Shown: piece by piece, positions 1-12,139 of the stretch
Numbering within the stretch: position 1 is the stretch's first letter
Layout: the number at the start of each line of letters is the position of its first letter
Origin: Methanothermus fervidus DSM 2088
Lineage (GTDB): Archaea; Methanobacteriota; Methanobacteria; DSM-2088; Methanothermaceae
Assembly: GCA_000166095.1 (NCBI GenBank)
Contig: CP002278.1
Span: forward strand, 480,001 to 512,000
Length of the DNA stretch: 32,000 bases
Reading direction: 5' to 3'
Made by a program: the position numbers and the translations under genes
Notes under the pieces: model-generated
The model's database searches: none
What the model was told of the DNA's origin: nothing
What the model saw: only the letters and a program-made list of their open reading frames with translations

Positions 1-729
1 ATGGGCATTGTAAGTAGAGGAGGAGCATTTATAGCTGCATGGATAAAGTATAATGAGAAAGAAAATCCATTATATCAAAATTTTGAGTATATTTTAGATA
101 TCGCATATGAATATGATGTCACTTTAAGTTTAGGAGATGGTTTAAGACCTGGATGTCTTTACGATGCTTCTGACATGCTTCAAATAAGAGAATTGATAAA
201 TCTAGGAGAGTTAGTAGCCAAAGCCAGAGAAAAAAATGTGCAATGTATGGTTGAGGGTCCTGGACATATGCCATTAGATCAAATAGCCGCAAATGTTAAG
301 ATCCAAAAATCTATATGCAAAAATGCTCCATTTTATGTTTTAGGTCCTATTGTAACCGATATATCACCAGGTTATGACCATATAACAGCAGCTATTGGTG
401 GTGCCATAGCTGCAGCTGCAGGAGCTGACTTCCTTTGTTATGTAACACCTACAGAACATTTATCAATACCTGGAATAAAAGAAGTTAAAGAAGGTGTTAT
501 AGCAGCTAAAATAGCTGCACAAGCAGCAGATGTATCTAAGGGTTTATCTAAAGCATGGAGTAAAGAATTAAAAATGTCTGAAGCAAGAAAAGATTTTAAA
601 TGGGATGAACAATTTAAATTAGCTTTAGATCCTAAGAAAGCAAAAAAATATTATGAACCAAGTAAAGGAGCATGTTCTATGTGTGGAGAATATTGTGCAA
701 TTAAAATTTTAAAAGATTTATTTGAATGA
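1..729 (+). CDS. thiC: Phosphomethylpyrimidine synthase ThiC, C-terminal part (5' end lies outside the window)
   Basis: The reading frame is open from base 1. It contains [11 protein letters not shown] and the C-terminal CSMCGEYC (CX2CX4C Fe-S motif) typical of ThiC. The stop is TGA at 727-729. Confidence 0.9.
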   Translation: MGIVSRGGAFIAAWIKYNEKENPLYQNFEYILDIAYEYDVTLSLGDGLRPGCLYDASDMLQIRELINLGELVAKAREKNVQCMVEGPGHMPLDQIAANVKIQKSICKNAPFYVLGPIVTDISPGYDHITAAIGGAIAAAAGADFLCYVTPTEHLSIPGIKEVKEGVIAAKIAAQAADVSKGLSKAWSKELKMSEARKDFKWDEQFKLALDPKKAKKYYEPSKGACSMCGEYCAIKILKDLFE

Positions 730-741
730 GAGGATGATAAG

Positions 742-2406
742 TTGAAATATATAAAACTTGTGGAATTGTATGAAAAATTAGAATCAACAACAAAAAAGTT
801 AAAAAAAATAGATTTGCTTTCTAAATTTTTATCAGAAGTAGATAAAGAGTTGCTTCCAGCTGTAGTTTTAATGACATTAGGCACTGTTTTTCCTGGATGG
901 AGTGAAAAAGAATTAGGTGTAGGATTTAAATTACTTGTAAAGGCGATGTCAATTGTTTCTGGAATATCTGCTAACAAAATAGAAGAAAAAATTGCTGAAG
1001 AAGGCGATGTAGGGCTAGCAGCAGAAAAATTGTTCAAAAAAAGAAGACAAGTCACCTTTATTACACAACCACTTACAGTTGAGAAAGTCTATACAAATTT
1101 AAAAAAAGTTGCAGACATAACAGGAGAAGGTGCACAAACACGTAAAATAAATCTTATAACAGATATTCTTTCTTTGGCAAAACCAAAGGAGGCCAAATAT
1201 TTAACAAGAATGATATTAGAAGAGTTGAGGGTAGGTGTAGGCGAAGGAATAATGAGGGATGCAATTGCTAAAGCATTTAAAGTAGATCCAAAGATTGTAG
1301 AACGAGCTCATATGTTAACAAATGATTTAGGTTTAGTTGCAAAAGTTGCATGTGAAAAAGGAGTCGAAGGCTTAAAACAACTTTCATTGAAGCCCGGCAG
1401 GCCTGTTAAACCTATGTTAGCACAAACAGCGCCAAGCATTAAAAAAGCCATAGAAGAAATGGGGAAAGCCTTTTGTGAAACTAAATATGATGGAATAAGA
1501 GTCCAAATCCATAGAAAAAATTCAGAAATAGTTGTTTTTACACGTAGACTTGAAAATATAACTAATGCAGTTCCAGATATAGTTGATGCTGTGGAAAAAG
1601 CATTGCCAAAAAAGGATTTCATCGTTGAAGGAGAAATAATAGGAGTTAAAAATGGTAGGCCAATTCCTTTCCAGTATTTATTACACAGAATTAGACGTAA
1701 ATATGAAATTGAAAAGGCTATAAAAGAAATTCCTTTTACATTGTTCCTTTTCGATGTTTTATATTTTGAAAATCCATTAATAGATGAAAAATTCGAAAAT
1801 AGAAGAAAAATATTAGAATCTATAACAAAAACTAAGGAAGGAAAGGTTGAACTTAGTCGAAAAGTAGAAGTAACTTGTGAAAATATAGATGATGCAGAAA
1901 AATTGTTTAAGGAATCAATAGAAGCTGGTCATGAAGGAATAATGATAAAAGATCCGAATGCTCCATATATTCCAGGAATACGTGGAAAAAAAATGTTAAA
2001 ATATAAAGCAGAGCCAGAAACTCTTGATTTAGTAGTAATTGGTGGAGATTATGGTGAAGGTAAAAGAGCACACCTAGTGGGTTCATATCTTGTTGCAGCT
2101 AGAGATGAAGATACAGGGGAGCTAAAACCTGTTGCACATGTTGCAACTGGTTTAGATGATGATACACTTAAGAATTTAACTGAAAGAATGGAACGCATAA
2201 TGGTAAATAAAAAAGGTAAAAAGATAGAAGTTGAACCCAAAATAATATTAGAAGTAGCATTTAGCGAGATTGTTAAAAGTCCAGAATATGAAAGTGGTTA
2301 TTCCCTGCGATTCCCTGTCGTTAAAAGAATAAGAGATGATTTAAGTTTAGAGGATGTTGACACTGTCCAAAGAATAGAATCAATGTACAAGAAAAAATTT
2401 GGGTGA
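742..2406 (+). CDS. lig: ATP-dependent DNA ligase
   Basis: 554 aa with adenylation motif I KYDGIR, plus EGEII, FLFDVLY, GIMIKD and KMLKYK motifs. The N-terminus [17 protein letters not shown] matches the usual archaeal ligase N-terminus only if the TTG at 742 is the start. That TTG is preceded by the SD-like GAGGATGA. Confidence 0.93.
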   Translation: MKYIKLVELYEKLESTTKKLKKIDLLSKFLSEVDKELLPAVVLMTLGTVFPGWSEKELGVGFKLLVKAMSIVSGISANKIEEKIAEEGDVGLAAEKLFKKRRQVTFITQPLTVEKVYTNLKKVADITGEGAQTRKINLITDILSLAKPKEAKYLTRMILEELRVGVGEGIMRDAIAKAFKVDPKIVERAHMLTNDLGLVAKVACEKGVEGLKQLSLKPGRPVKPMLAQTAPSIKKAIEEMGKAFCETKYDGIRVQIHRKNSEIVVFTRRLENITNAVPDIVDAVEKALPKKDFIVEGEIIGVKNGRPIPFQYLLHRIRRKYEIEKAIKEIPFTLFLFDVLYFENPLIDEKFENRRKILESITKTKEGKVELSRKVEVTCENIDDAEKLFKESIEAGHEGIMIKDPNAPYIPGIRGKKMLKYKAEPETLDLVVIGGDYGEGKRAHLVGSYLVAARDEDTGELKPVAHVATGLDDDTLKNLTERMERIMVNKKGKKIEVEPKIILEVAFSEIVKSPEYESGYSLRFPVVKRIRDDLSLEDVDTVQRIESMYKKKFG

Positions 2407-2411
2407 ATAGT

Positions 2412-2636
2412 ATGAAGGCAAAGCCAGTGATAAACATAGAAGAATGTAAAGGCTGTGGTAGGTGCATAGAAGATTGTCCAAAAAACGCTCTTGTAATGAG
2501 CAGTAAAATAAACAGTAGAGGCTACAATTATGTTGAATATATAGGTAAGAAATGTAATGGTTGTGGGAACTGTTACTATACATGTCCAGAACCATTGGCA
2601 ATAGAAGTTCATATTTTAAAAGAAGGGGATCCATAA
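2412..2636 (+). CDS. Small 2x[4Fe-4S] ferredoxin-domain protein
   Basis: Two CX2CX2CX3CP motifs are present ([12 protein letters not shown] and [12 protein letters not shown]). ATG 2412 is preceded by GGGTGA with 5-nt spacing. The track's GTG 2403 start is less likely. The stop overlaps the gatD start as TAATG. Confidence 0.8.
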   Translation: MKAKPVINIEECKGCGRCIEDCPKNALVMSSKINSRGYNYVEYIGKKCNGCGNCYYTCPEPLAIEVHILKEGDP

Positions 2637-3973
2637 TGTCATCAAAAGTTTCAGCCAAAAAAATTCTTGAAGAAGTAGGAGCCGAAGCTGGCGATGTAAT
2701 TAAAATTGTAAAACCAAACATAACATATAAAGGTATCTTATTAGATAGACCTGAAACTTTTGATAAGAATTATATAACTTTAAAACTTGATAATGGTTAC
2801 AATATTGGCATAGATATTTCAGATGCAAAAATAGAACTTATAGAAAAATCAACAAAATCAGAAATAAAGTTTGAAGGTTTAGATATCAAAGAAGATCCTA
2901 ATCTACCTTTTATTTCAATCATTTCTACAGGAGGAACAATATCTTCAATTATTGATTATAGGACAGGGGCTGTTCATCCAAGATTTACAGCAAATGATTT
3001 ATTGAATGCTTATCCCGAACTTTTAGATGAAGCTAACATAAAATGTAAAGAAATTTTAAATATTTTAAGCGAAAATATGGATCCAAAATATTGGGAGAAA
3101 ATTGCTAGAGCCATATACAAAGAAATTAAAAATGGTGTCGATGGTATAGTTGTGACACATGGAACAGACACCATGCATTACACAGCTGCTGCATTGGCTT
3201 TCATGATAAGGACTCCTATTCCAATCATACTAACAGGTGCACAACGTAGTTCTGACAGGCCTTCCACAGATGCTCGTTTAAATTTAATTAGTTCAGTTGT
3301 CGCTGCTAAATCTGATATTGCAGAAGTTGCTGTGTGTATGCATGCCACACCTCATGATAGAGAATGTTATTTACATCGAGGAGTAAAAGTAAGAAAAATG
3401 CATACTTCACGTAGAGATGCATTCTTAAGTATTAATGATTTACCACTGGCAAAAATAAAGGATAACAAAGTAGAGATCATCAACAATAATTATATAAAAA
3501 GAGATACAATGGAACCCAAATTAAATAACAAATTAGAACCAAAAGTAGCATTAATAAAAACATATCCTGGCATGAATGCAGAAATAATAGATTTTTATGT
3601 AGAAAACAATTATCAAGGCATAGTTATTGAAGGTACAGGACTTGGGCACTGTGCAGAATCTCTAATTCCAAGCATAAAAAGAGCTAAAGATGCAGGAATT
3701 CCTGTTGTCATGACTTCTCAATGCATAAATGGACGTATAAATATGAATGTTTATAGTACTGGAAGAAAATTACTTAAAGCTGGTGTTATACCTGCCCAAG
3801 ATATGCTACCAGAAGTTGCTTTAGTAAAACTGATGTGGGTACTTGGACAAACAAAAGATTTTGAAGAAGTTTCAAAAATGATGACTAAAAATTTAGTGGG
3901 TGAGATCAACAATAAATCATCGCTTATTTATTTCCCAGGTGGATATCATGGACTGGAAAAAGATAGGTCTTAA
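2636..3973 (+). CDS. gatD: Glu-tRNA(Gln) amidotransferase subunit D (asparaginase-like)
   Basis: Asparaginase-type motifs STGGTISS and HGTDTM are present. At 445 aa it has typical GatD size when started at ATG 2636, which is preceded by GGGGATCC. The 5' extension in the ORF track back to 2561 lies inside the ferredoxin gene. Confidence 0.92.
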   Translation: MSSKVSAKKILEEVGAEAGDVIKIVKPNITYKGILLDRPETFDKNYITLKLDNGYNIGIDISDAKIELIEKSTKSEIKFEGLDIKEDPNLPFISIISTGGTISSIIDYRTGAVHPRFTANDLLNAYPELLDEANIKCKEILNILSENMDPKYWEKIARAIYKEIKNGVDGIVVTHGTDTMHYTAAALAFMIRTPIPIILTGAQRSSDRPSTDARLNLISSVVAAKSDIAEVAVCMHATPHDRECYLHRGVKVRKMHTSRRDAFLSINDLPLAKIKDNKVEIINNNYIKRDTMEPKLNNKLEPKVALIKTYPGMNAEIIDFYVENNYQGIVIEGTGLGHCAESLIPSIKRAKDAGIPVVMTSQCINGRINMNVYSTGRKLLKAGVIPAQDMLPEVALVKLMWVLGQTKDFEEVSKMMTKNLVGEINNKSSLIYFPGGYHGLEKDRS

Positions 3974-5813
3974 GGTTGGACTGGAAATACATCAACAACT
4001 TGATACCAAACATAAACTTTTTTGTCCTTGCAAATGTGAGCTAATCGATAAAGATCCTGAGTTTAAAATATTTAGAAAACTTAGACCTACGTTAAGTGAG
4101 TTAGGTAAATTTGATAGAGCAGCGCTCGAAGAAGCACGGAGAAAATTAAAATTCATTTACCAAGCCTATACTAATGAAACATGTTTAGTTGAGGCAGATG
4201 AAGAACCACCACATAGTATCAATAAAGAAGCTTTGGAAATTTCATTAACAATAGCTTTACTTCTTAACATGAACATAGTAGATGAATTTCATGTGATGAG
4301 AAAACAAGTGATAGATGGTAGTAATACTACAGGATTTCAAAGAACAGGATTGCTTGCAACTAATGGATATGTAAAGACTCCAAATGGGAAGGTTGGTATA
4401 CAGACTTTATGTTTAGAAGAGGATGCTGCAAGAAAAGTAAAAAAAACAAAAGATGGTGTAATATTTAGGTTAGATAGGTTAGGAATTCCTTTGGTAGAGA
4501 TAGCAACTGAACCAACAATGAATGATCCGGAACAAGTAAAAGAAGTTGCATATAAAATTGGCCAGATATTAAGAAGTACGAAAGTAAAGAGAGGTATAGG
4601 TACTATAAGGCAAGACCTTAACATCTCAATTAAAGATGGAGCTCGTGTTGAAATTAAAGGTGTTCAAGATTTAGATTTAATTCCTACAATAGTTAAAAGA
4701 GAGGTTCAAAGACAATTATCCCTCTTAGAAATAAAAAATGAATTACAAAATAGAAATGCTCAAGTTCCAAATAAAATATACGATGTTAAGGAAATATTTA
4801 AAAATACATCTTCTAAGATAATTGCTAATTCTCCACATGTCATGGCTATAAAATTATGTGGATTTGGAGGCTTACTTGGAAAAGAAGTGCAGCCAGGTAG
4901 AAGATTTGGAACTGAACTTTCTGATTATGCAAAAAAAAGAGGCGTTGGCGGCATAATTCATACTGACGAACTTCCTGCTTATGGAATTAGTAAAGAAGAA
5001 ACTGAAAATCTTAAAGATTATTTAAATGTTAGTGATGAAGATGCAGTTGTAATGGTAGTTGGTGAAAAGGAGAAATGTATTGAAGCTTTAAAAGAAGTTC
5101 AAAAGCGTGCTAAGCTTGCAATAAAAGGAGTACCTGAAGAAACTCGTAGAGCATTAAGTGATGGTAATACTGAATATTTAAGACCATTGCCAACAGCAAG
5201 CAGAATGTATGTAGAAACTGATATTCCTCCAGTCCCTATAACCAAAGAATATATAGAAAAAATAAAATCTAATCTTCCAGAACTTCCAGAAGAGAAAATG
5301 AGGAGAGTTATGAGTGAATATAACATAAGTGAAGATTTAGCATCTCAATTACTTAAAAAAGATCGGATTGACATTTTTGAAAAAATTATGGAAAAAGTGA
5401 ATTTAGAAGGTAAGATTGTTGGTGCCACTTTGGCATATTCATTAGATGAAATTAGAAGAGAAGGTCATGACATTGATAAATTAACTTTCAACGATTTATT
5501 AGATGTATTTAAATTATTAGAAAATAAAGAAATATCAAAAGATGCTATCAATGAAATATTGGCATACATGACAGATAAAAATTGTTCTGCAGAAGAAGCA
5601 GCAGAAAAATTAGACCTAAAACTACTTAGCGAGGATGAAATCAAATCGATCATTGATGAAATAATATCAGAAAATATTGAGTTAATTAAGGAAAGAGGAA
5701 CGAATGCTATTGGACCAATAATGGGAATGTCCATGAAAAAACTTAGAGGTAAAGCTGATGGAAAAGTAGTAAATAAAATTGTTACTAAAAAAATTCAAAA
5801 GTTGGTATCATGA
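3948..5813 (+). CDS. gatE: Glu-tRNA(Gln) amidotransferase subunit E
   Basis: The N-terminus [18 protein letters not shown] and the 621-aa length are typical of archaeal GatE. AGGTGGAT lies upstream of ATG 3948. The gene overlaps the gatD 3' end by 26 nt. Confidence 0.92.
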   Translation: MDWKKIGLKVGLEIHQQLDTKHKLFCPCKCELIDKDPEFKIFRKLRPTLSELGKFDRAALEEARRKLKFIYQAYTNETCLVEADEEPPHSINKEALEISLTIALLLNMNIVDEFHVMRKQVIDGSNTTGFQRTGLLATNGYVKTPNGKVGIQTLCLEEDAARKVKKTKDGVIFRLDRLGIPLVEIATEPTMNDPEQVKEVAYKIGQILRSTKVKRGIGTIRQDLNISIKDGARVEIKGVQDLDLIPTIVKREVQRQLSLLEIKNELQNRNAQVPNKIYDVKEIFKNTSSKIIANSPHVMAIKLCGFGGLLGKEVQPGRRFGTELSDYAKKRGVGGIIHTDELPAYGISKEETENLKDYLNVSDEDAVVMVVGEKEKCIEALKEVQKRAKLAIKGVPEETRRALSDGNTEYLRPLPTASRMYVETDIPPVPITKEYIEKIKSNLPELPEEKMRRVMSEYNISEDLASQLLKKDRIDIFEKIMEKVNLEGKIVGATLAYSLDEIRREGHDIDKLTFNDLLDVFKLLENKEISKDAINEILAYMTDKNCSAEEAAEKLDLKLLSEDEIKSIIDEIISENIELIKERGTNAIGPIMGMSMKKLRGKADGKVVNKIVTKKIQKLVS

Positions 5814-6724
5814 GATATGATATTATTGTAGTTGGGGCTGGACCTGCAGGTTTAACTGCAGGTTTATATGGAGGAAGACAGGGTGATAATGTCCTAATTT
5901 TAGAGAAAGGTCGTGTTGGTGGAAAAGGTTTGGAAATTCCATATATTGAAAATTATCCTGGTTATAAAAAAGTTAAAGGAATGGTTTTAATAGAAAAAAT
6001 GAAAGAACAAGTTTCTCCACTTGTTGATATAAAAGAACTTGAAGAGGTTAAAAGTATTAAACATGAAAATTCAAAATTTATTGTTACTACCACAAAAAAC
6101 AAATATTTAAGTAAGGCTGTTATTTTAGCAACTGGAACTACACACAGAGAATTAAATGTTCCAGGAGAAAAAGAATTTAAAGGAAGAGGTGTCAGTTATT
6201 GTGCTATATGTGATGGACCTCTATATATAAATAAAAATATTTTAGTGGTTGGTGGTGGGAATAGTGCTGTACAAGAGGCTATATATCTCAAAAGCATAGG
6301 ATGTAAAGTTAAATTAGTACATAGAAGAAATAAATTAAGAGCTGAAAAATATTTACAAAAGAAACTTAAAGATTTAAATATTCCTGTAATTTGGGATTCA
6401 GTTGTAGAAAAAATAAGAGGCAACAATTCAGTTGAAGAGGTAGTTTTATACAATAAAAAAACAAAAGAAAAGAAAATTGTTGAAGTTGACGGTGTTTTTA
6501 TAGCAATAGGTGAAATACCTCTCAATAAGTTAGCTAGGGATCTTGGAGTCAAGCTTGATAAAAGAGGATATGTAATGACTGATGAGTTTCAAAGGACAAA
6601 TGTTCAACATGTATATGCTGCAGGAGACATTACACATACTCCAAATCAATGGATTGTAGCATGTTCTGAAGGTGCAATAGCAGCATTAACAGCACATAAC
6701 GATCTTTTACGGGGACAAAAATGA
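5810..6724 (+). CDS. trxB: Thioredoxin-disulfide reductase (low-Mr TrxR family)
   Basis: Motifs are GAGPAG (FAD), the redox-active CAICDG, and [10 protein letters not shown] followed by [10 protein letters not shown] (an HRRxxxR NADPH-type motif as in bacterial TrxR). The start overlaps the gatE stop as ATGA. Confidence 0.8.
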   Translation: MRYDIIVVGAGPAGLTAGLYGGRQGDNVLILEKGRVGGKGLEIPYIENYPGYKKVKGMVLIEKMKEQVSPLVDIKELEEVKSIKHENSKFIVTTTKNKYLSKAVILATGTTHRELNVPGEKEFKGRGVSYCAICDGPLYINKNILVVGGGNSAVQEAIYLKSIGCKVKLVHRRNKLRAEKYLQKKLKDLNIPVIWDSVVEKIRGNNSVEEVVLYNKKTKEKKIVEVDGVFIAIGEIPLNKLARDLGVKLDKRGYVMTDEFQRTNVQHVYAAGDITHTPNQWIVACSEGAIAALTAHNDLLRGQK

Positions 6725-7275
6725 TTGTAATTATTGATAATTATGGTCAATACAACCACAGGATATATAGAACATTAAGATATTTAGGAATAAAGTGTAA
6801 ATTGATTGAGAATAATACATCAGTTAAAGAGATCGAAAAAATGGATCCTTTGGGACTTATCATTGGTGGTGGACCATCTATTGAAAGATCAGGCAATTGT
6901 AAAGAATATATAAAGAAACTTGACATACCTATCTTAGGAATATGTTTAGGACACCAACTCATAGCATTAGTATTTGGTGGAAAATTACGTAGTGCAGAAT
7001 TTGAAGAATATGCAATGGTAGAAATAGATATAATAGATGAAAATGATATATTTATTGGTTTAGGCCCAAAAATGAGAGTATGGGCATCACATAAAGATGA
7101 AGTAATAAAATTACCATCTAATTTTGAGTTGTTAGCAAGTTCTAAAATGTGTAAAATAGAAGCCATGAAACATTGCAAGAAACCTATTTATGGTGTACAA
7201 TTCCATCCAGAAGTTCATCACACTGAAAACGGTGAAAAAATATTTGCAAATTTCTATGAAGTTTGTAAAAGGTGA
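6721..7275 (+). CDS. guaAA: GMP synthase [glutamine-hydrolysing] subunit A (class I glutamine amidotransferase)
   Basis: GICLGHQL supplies the catalytic Cys and QFHPEV the His/Glu of the triad. At 184 aa it matches the split archaeal GuaA architecture. It overlaps trxB as ATGA. Confidence 0.88.
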   Translation: MIVIIDNYGQYNHRIYRTLRYLGIKCKLIENNTSVKEIEKMDPLGLIIGGGPSIERSGNCKEYIKKLDIPILGICLGHQLIALVFGGKLRSAEFEEYAMVEIDIIDENDIFIGLGPKMRVWASHKDEVIKLPSNFELLASSKMCKIEAMKHCKKPIYGVQFHPEVHHTENGEKIFANFYEVCKR

Positions 7276-7279
7276 AAAA

Positions 7280-8206
7280 ATGTTTAAACCTCAAGAATTC
7301 ATAGAAGAAGCTGTAGAAAATATCAAAAAAACTGTTGGGAAATCAAAAGCAATAATAGCACTTTCAGGAGGAGTAGATAGTTCTGTAACAGCTTTTTTAG
7401 CAAAAAAAGCATTAGGGGATAGATTGATTGCAGTATTTGTAAATCATGGATTACTAAGAGAAGGTGAAGCTAAAGAAATTAGAAAATTTTTTAAGGACAA
7501 ACTGAATTTTAGGTATGTAGATGCTTCAAAAAGATTTTTAGATGCACTTAAAGGTGTTAAAGACCCTGAAAAGAAAAGAAAAATTATAAGTAAAGTATTC
7601 ATTGAAATATTTGAAGAAGTCGCCAGAGAAGAAGATGCAAAATATTTATTACAAGGTACAATAGCACCTGATTGGATAGAAAGTAGAGGAAAAATAAAAT
7701 CTCACCATAATGTTGTACTTCCTAGTGGTTTAGTACTAAAAGTTGTTGAACCTCTTCGTGATCTCTATAAAGATGAAGTTAGAATATTGGCAAAAGAATT
7801 AGGACTTCCTGAAAAAATAATTAAAAGACAACCATACCCAGGCCCAGGACTTGCTGTTAGAATACTTGGTGAAATCACTCCTCAAAAAATTGAGATATGT
7901 AGAAAAGCCAATAAAATTGTTGAAGAAGAGGTAATTAAGAGAAATTTACATGAAAAATTATGGCAATATTTTGCAGTGCTTACAGACACAAAGGTTACTG
8001 GTGTTAAAGGTGATAAAAGGGATTATGGCTATCTTGTAGTTATAAGGATTGTAGAATCTTTAGATGCTATGACAGCCAAAGTTCCTAAATTACCATGGGA
8101 CTTTTTAAAGAAAGTATCTCAGAGAATAACCTCTGAAATACCTGAAGTTACACATGTAGCTTTATCTATAAGTGATAAACCACCAAGTACTATAGAATTA
8201 GCATGA
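7280..8206 (+). CDS. guaAB: GMP synthase subunit B (ATP pyrophosphatase)
   Basis: The PP-loop SGGVDSSV and the C-terminal dimerisation domain ending IELA are present. ATG 7280 is preceded by AGGTGA. The track's extension back to 7190 lies inside guaAA. Confidence 0.9.
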   Translation: MFKPQEFIEEAVENIKKTVGKSKAIIALSGGVDSSVTAFLAKKALGDRLIAVFVNHGLLREGEAKEIRKFFKDKLNFRYVDASKRFLDALKGVKDPEKKRKIISKVFIEIFEEVAREEDAKYLLQGTIAPDWIESRGKIKSHHNVVLPSGLVLKVVEPLRDLYKDEVRILAKELGLPEKIIKRQPYPGPGLAVRILGEITPQKIEICRKANKIVEEEVIKRNLHEKLWQYFAVLTDTKVTGVKGDKRDYGYLVVIRIVESLDAMTAKVPKLPWDFLKKVSQRITSEIPEVTHVALSISDKPPSTIELA

Positions 8207-9186
8207 TAAAATTAAAGTTTAGAAGACCATCGCCTGCAGCAAGGAAAGCTATGTGTGATGTAGCATCTAACTCTAAAACTTATTTGTATAAATATAGCTT
8301 AATATCCAAAGCTGAAGAATTAGTAAAAAAAATAACAGGTCATAAATATGCTAGGGTTGTTAATTCTGGAGATTCTGCAATAATGGCTGTGATGAATATA
8401 TTGGAAGAGCCGTTTTTAATACCTGATGAAGGTGGATGGAAAGGATTTATAGAAATAGCAAAAATATTGAATAAAAAAATTTTGAAAGTCCCTACAAATT
8501 TAGGAATAATTGATCCTTCCTTTTTTGAGGAATATCTAGATAAATTAAATGATAAACCTTCTGCGCTTTTTGTCACAAGTTTTGCAGGTTATACAGCTGA
8601 ACAGCCAATAAAAAAATTATATAAAATTTGTGATAAACATGATATTCTTTTAGTTGAAGATTCTTCTGGAAGTATTGGAGATCCAAAAAGAAAATTATGT
8701 AATGCATCACACAGCCATATCATTGTTGCATCTACAGGCTCCCCAAAAATTGTTAATGTAGGAAATGGAGGATTTATATCAACAAACGACAAAAAAATAT
8801 TAAAGCAATATTTAATAAGAATGATTAGGGCAGATCCTATTACTTGTGCAGGGATAATCGAAGAGTTGAAAAGAGCCCCTGATGTTTTTGACAAAGTTGT
8901 AAATGCAGTGGCTTACCTTAAGAAAAATATAGATAATGTATTTCATAAAAATAAAAGAGGAGTAAATATAATTTTACCATCAGATAATCCAAAAAAAGAT
9001 AGATTTAAAATTAAAAAACATATAAACATCGAAAAAAATATAATCGTGACTTGCCCAAGATATGAAAGAATTAACAAGAAAGCCATATCTATTGAAATAA
9101 AAAATATAGAACCAAAATGTCTTTCTAAAGAAAACTTAGATAAGATTTTAGATTTACTTTCTAAACTTCAATTGTCAAAAGAGTAG
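8203..9186 (+). CDS. Fold-type-I PLP-dependent enzyme of unknown function (SelA-like by motif resemblance)
   Basis: 327 aa with [21 protein letters not shown] (the Asp expected to contact the PLP ring N) and [15 protein letters not shown] (candidate Schiff-base Lys followed by a Gly-rich loop, resembling SelA FSGDKLLGGPQ). The start overlaps the guaAB stop as ATGA. An alternative start is ATG 8251, which has AGGA upstream. Confidence 0.5.
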   Translation: MIKLKFRRPSPAARKAMCDVASNSKTYLYKYSLISKAEELVKKITGHKYARVVNSGDSAIMAVMNILEEPFLIPDEGGWKGFIEIAKILNKKILKVPTNLGIIDPSFFEEYLDKLNDKPSALFVTSFAGYTAEQPIKKLYKICDKHDILLVEDSSGSIGDPKRKLCNASHSHIIVASTGSPKIVNVGNGGFISTNDKKILKQYLIRMIRADPITCAGIIEELKRAPDVFDKVVNAVAYLKKNIDNVFHKNKRGVNIILPSDNPKKDRFKIKKHINIEKNIIVTCPRYERINKKAISIEIKNIEPKCLSKENLDKILDLLSKLQLSKE

Positions 9187-9640
9187 TTCTTTCTATTAAG
9201 GCATTTTCAACTCCAACAACTTCAACTTCTTTTCCAAGATTATATAACTTTTTTAAATAACTTTCGTTGGGTTTCAGTACTTCATTGTTCTTTTCAAATC
9301 CAAAATCTTTAATAAATTCTTCTATAATATCTTCATCGCATCCTAAAAATACAGCACAAAACTCTTCTGTATCATCTTTTATTCCAACAATGTCTAATGC
9401 TTTTGATATTTGCCTTTCTCCAGCAGTTCTAACACAAATTTCAATGCCTAAATCATTTGCAATGTTTTCATTTCTTTTCATGGCATTTAATGCATGTATC
9501 ACAGCATGCTTAACATGTCTCTTGCCACCTATAGCTCTAGCATCCATTAATTGTATAACACAATCATATTTCTTTATTTTTTCAATTGCTGCGTCAATAT
9601 CTTCAATTTTACCTTTAAGCCCTAATATTTTCATTCTCAT
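9161..9640 (-). CDS. cgi121: KEOPS complex subunit Cgi121
   Basis: About 160 aa. The pattern [12 protein letters not shown]...[20 protein letters not shown] matches the archaeal Cgi121 core (H-V-x-H-A ... E-I-x-V-R-x-S/A-G-x-R-Q-I). The start is ATG 9640 or 9634. The track's GTG 9670 lies deep inside cimA. Confidence 0.75.
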   Translation of the reverse strand: MRMKILGLKGKIEDIDAAIEKIKKYDCVIQLMDARAIGGKRHVKHAVIHALNAMKRNENIANDLGIEICVRTAGERQISKALDIVGIKDDTEEFCAVFLGCDEDIIEEFIKDFGFEKNNEVLKPNESYLKKLYNLGKEVEVVGVENALIERTTLLTIEV

Positions 9641-11111
9641 AGACTTCCAGTAATAATCTGTTAGCACCACTTACAAATGCATCCACACTAGCCATGACAA
9701 TATCTGGTTGCGTACTCCTTGCAGATATTATTTTGTCTTTATATTTTAATTTAACCATTACATCAATTAAAGCATCTGTTCCGCCAGTTATTGCATCTAC
9801 ATGATATTCCTCCAAGGAAATATCTGCAAAATAGTCTAAACATTTTTTCATAGCTTTTATTGCGGCATCTACTGGTCCTACTCCAGTGCTTGATTCAAGA
9901 ATCTCCTTCCCGTTTATTTTGAGTTTAACAGAAGCTGTTGGAGTTACTTTATTTCCAGATACTACTGTTACCTCCTGAACTTCAACAATCTTCTTAGAAG
10001 GTATACCTAACACATCTTCTGTTATTGCCTGAAGATCCGCATCAGTTACACATTTACCTTTATCTCCCAACTCTTTAATTCTTTGAAATATTTCATTTAA
10101 CTGCTTATCATTTACTTTAACTTTTAACCTTTCTAAATGTTTTTTTAATAAACTTCTCCCTATATGTTTTCCAAGTACAAATCTACGCTTATGTCCAACC
10201 ATCTCTGGAGTTATTGGTTCATAAGTTTCTGCTTTTTTAATTACACCATTTGCATGTATTCCTGATTCATGTGCAAATGCATTTTCGCCAACTATTGCCT
10301 TGTTTGGCTGTAAATACATACCTGTTAATCTTGCTACCATTTTTGATGTTTCATAAAGCTCATTTATTTTGATATTAGTTTTAATATTGTAAAGTGAGTG
10401 TAATGCAACTACGACTTCCTCAAGAGCTGCATTACCAGCTCTCTCACCTATACCATTTACAGTTACATGAACTTCATTTGCACCAGCTCTTATTGCTGAC
10501 AATGAATTTGCAGTAGCTAATCCAAAATCGTTATGACAATGTGCAGCAAGAGGTACATCTAATTTACTTAATTTTTTGTAAAAATCATATGCCCTTTCTG
10601 GTGTTAAAACGCCAACTGTGTCACAAGCACATATTCTTTGTGCTCCTGCATTTATTCCTTCAGTAAATATTTTTTTTAAAAAATTGAAATCACTTCTTGT
10701 TGCATCTTCAGCTGATAACTCCACCACTAATCCATGCTCTAAAGCATATTCAACAGATTCGATTGCCTGTTCTAAAATTTCATTTTTGGTTTTTCGCATT
10801 TTGTATTGTATATGGATATCAGATGTAGGAATAACTAGATGTATACTATCAACGTCACATTCTATTGCAGAATCTATATCTTGTTTTAATGCTCGTGCAA
10901 AACTACATATTTCTGCAGAAAGTCCTTCTGAAGCTATTTTTTTAATGGCATCCCTTTCCCCTGCTGAAGTAATTGCAGAACCTGCTTCTATTATATCTAC
11001 ACCTATAGAATCTAATTTTATGGCTATTCTAAGCTTTTCTTCTGGTGTCAATGATACTCCTGGCGTTTGTTCTCCATCACGTAATGTTGTATCAAGTATT
11101 TTAACTTTCAA
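9615..11111 (-). CDS. cimA: (R)-citramalate synthase (2-isopropylmalate synthase family)
   Basis: [34 protein letters not shown] and the C-terminal LeuA-dimer regulatory domain are present. Length and sequence closely resemble methanogen CimA as I recall it, but CimA versus LeuA cannot be settled without a tree. The TTG start at 11111 overlaps the upstream stop as TTGA and has AGGGAG upstream. Confidence 0.85.
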   Translation of the reverse strand: MKVKILDTTLRDGEQTPGVSLTPEEKLRIAIKLDSIGVDIIEAGSAITSAGERDAIKKIASEGLSAEICSFARALKQDIDSAIECDVDSIHLVIPTSDIHIQYKMRKTKNEILEQAIESVEYALEHGLVVELSAEDATRSDFNFLKKIFTEGINAGAQRICACDTVGVLTPERAYDFYKKLSKLDVPLAAHCHNDFGLATANSLSAIRAGANEVHVTVNGIGERAGNAALEEVVVALHSLYNIKTNIKINELYETSKMVARLTGMYLQPNKAIVGENAFAHESGIHANGVIKKAETYEPITPEMVGHKRRFVLGKHIGRSLLKKHLERLKVKVNDKQLNEIFQRIKELGDKGKCVTDADLQAITEDVLGIPSKKIVEVQEVTVVSGNKVTPTASVKLKINGKEILESSTGVGPVDAAIKAMKKCLDYFADISLEEYHVDAITGGTDALIDVMVKLKYKDKIISARSTQPDIVMASVDAFVSGANRLLLEVYENENIRA

Positions 11112-12139
11112 TTTTCTCCCTTCTCATTAAATTTTTTTAGAACATTTATTATCCTTGTCAAGCTTTTATGTAACCTTATTTCATATCTTTCAAGGATTTT
11201 AAATTTTGTTTTCCCAATTATTTTATCAATGTCCACAAAGTGAGGGGATGCCATACATAAGATTCCATTGTCTTTAAGATTATCTTTTGCTGAAAGTAAA
11301 AATTCATAATAAAGTTTAGATAATTCCTCACCTTTAGTAGATGTAGATATACCATATGGTGGATCTGTAACTATTGCATCTACCTTTTCCTTTAATTTTA
11401 TTTTTCTTGCATCTTCCTGGAACACTTTAAAATCTTTTATTCCAAAATATTTCAAATTTTCTATTGCTCCTTTAACCATTTTTTTATCAATATCACATCC
11501 AATTACTTTAATTCCTATCATCCCTGCTTCTATTAATACACCGCCAGCACCGCAAAATGGATCTAAAATTTTTTCACCTTTTTTAACTCTAGCAAGATTT
11601 ACCATACACCGTGCAATTTTTGGATCTAATGAAGAAGGATGGAAAAACGGTCTTTTATGGGGTTTGGCAATATTAAAATGTTTTTTATTTATTTTACCAA
11701 TCCTTATACCAAAAAAAACCTTTGAATCATTGAACACTACTCTGACAAAACTTTCTGGATTTTCGAGATTTACTTTTGAACTCGACAATCTATCGATTAT
11801 ACCACCTATCTTCACTTCCATCTCTCTAGAACTAATTTCAGAATTTATTCTTTTTACTCTTACTGCAAATGTTTGGCCAAGTATAGAATCCCAATCAACT
11901 TTTAATATTTTATCTTTTAAATTTTCAATATTTGTCATGAAAAGTAACTTAGATACTTCGTGTGCATAAGCAAGCCTATTTACAAGTATTTCACCAACAT
12001 CTTCATCACTTGAAACTACCATTATACCATCTTTTTGATACTTTACGTTGTAGTTGTTGCATTCAACGTCCAAAACTGCCTTTACTTCAGAATATGGTAT
12101 TTTTGGGTGCTCCCGGGATAAAATTAAAAGAAATTCCAT
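11108..12139 (-). CDS. trmG10: tRNA (guanine(10)-N2)-dimethyltransferase, THUMP domain plus class I methyltransferase (Trm-G10/Trm11 family)
   Basis: An N-terminal THUMP-like region is followed by SAM motif I DPFCGAGG and motif IV DPPYG. The start was chosen at ATG 12139 (MEFLLIL...), which matches homologue N-termini. The track's GTG 12151 is an alternative. Confidence 0.75.
   Translation of the reverse strand: MEFLLILSREHPKIPYSEVKAVLDVECNNYNVKYQKDGIMVVSSDEDVGEILVNRLAYAHEVSKLLFMTNIENLKDKILKVDWDSILGQTFAVRVKRINSEISSREMEVKIGGIIDRLSSSKVNLENPESFVRVVFNDSKVFFGIRIGKINKKHFNIAKPHKRPFFHPSSLDPKIARCMVNLARVKKGEKILDPFCGAGGVLIEAGMIGIKVIGCDIDKKMVKGAIENLKYFGIKDFKVFQEDARKIKLKEKVDAIVTDPPYGISTSTKGEELSKLYYEFLLSAKDNLKDNGILCMASPHFVDIDKIIGKTKFKILERYEIRLHKSLTRIINVLKKFNEKGEN

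Noticed and set aside
2561-2635. N-terminal extensions of track ORFs: gatD from 2561, gatE from 3900, guaAB from 7190, cgi121 from 9670 and cdhD from 21519.
   Set aside because: The extensions lie inside the preceding gene and lack homology-like sequence. In each case a downstream ATG with an SD-like GGTG/GGGGA element gives the canonical N-terminus and length.
9161-9186. Convergent 3' overlaps: the PLP gene and cgi121 overlap by 26 nt, ogt and cdhE by 11 nt, and ade and the orphan gene are 3 nt apart.
   Set aside because: These fit the general compaction of this genome. They are interesting only as a source of antisense 3' ends, and there is no specific signal beyond the overlaps themselves.
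10618-11130. Long antisense ORFs opposite real genes. Examples are 10618-11130, 25208-25714, 30783-31232, 9267-9653, 651-1055, 6747-7178 and 19406-19786.
   Set aside because: Their products are low-complexity and rich in Ser, Phe, Ile and Leu. These ORFs are the expected mirror frame of Lys/Glu/Ile-rich genes (AAA, GAA and ATT read antisense give no stops). They have no SD or start context and no recognisable motif, while the opposite strand carries unambiguous conserved proteins.
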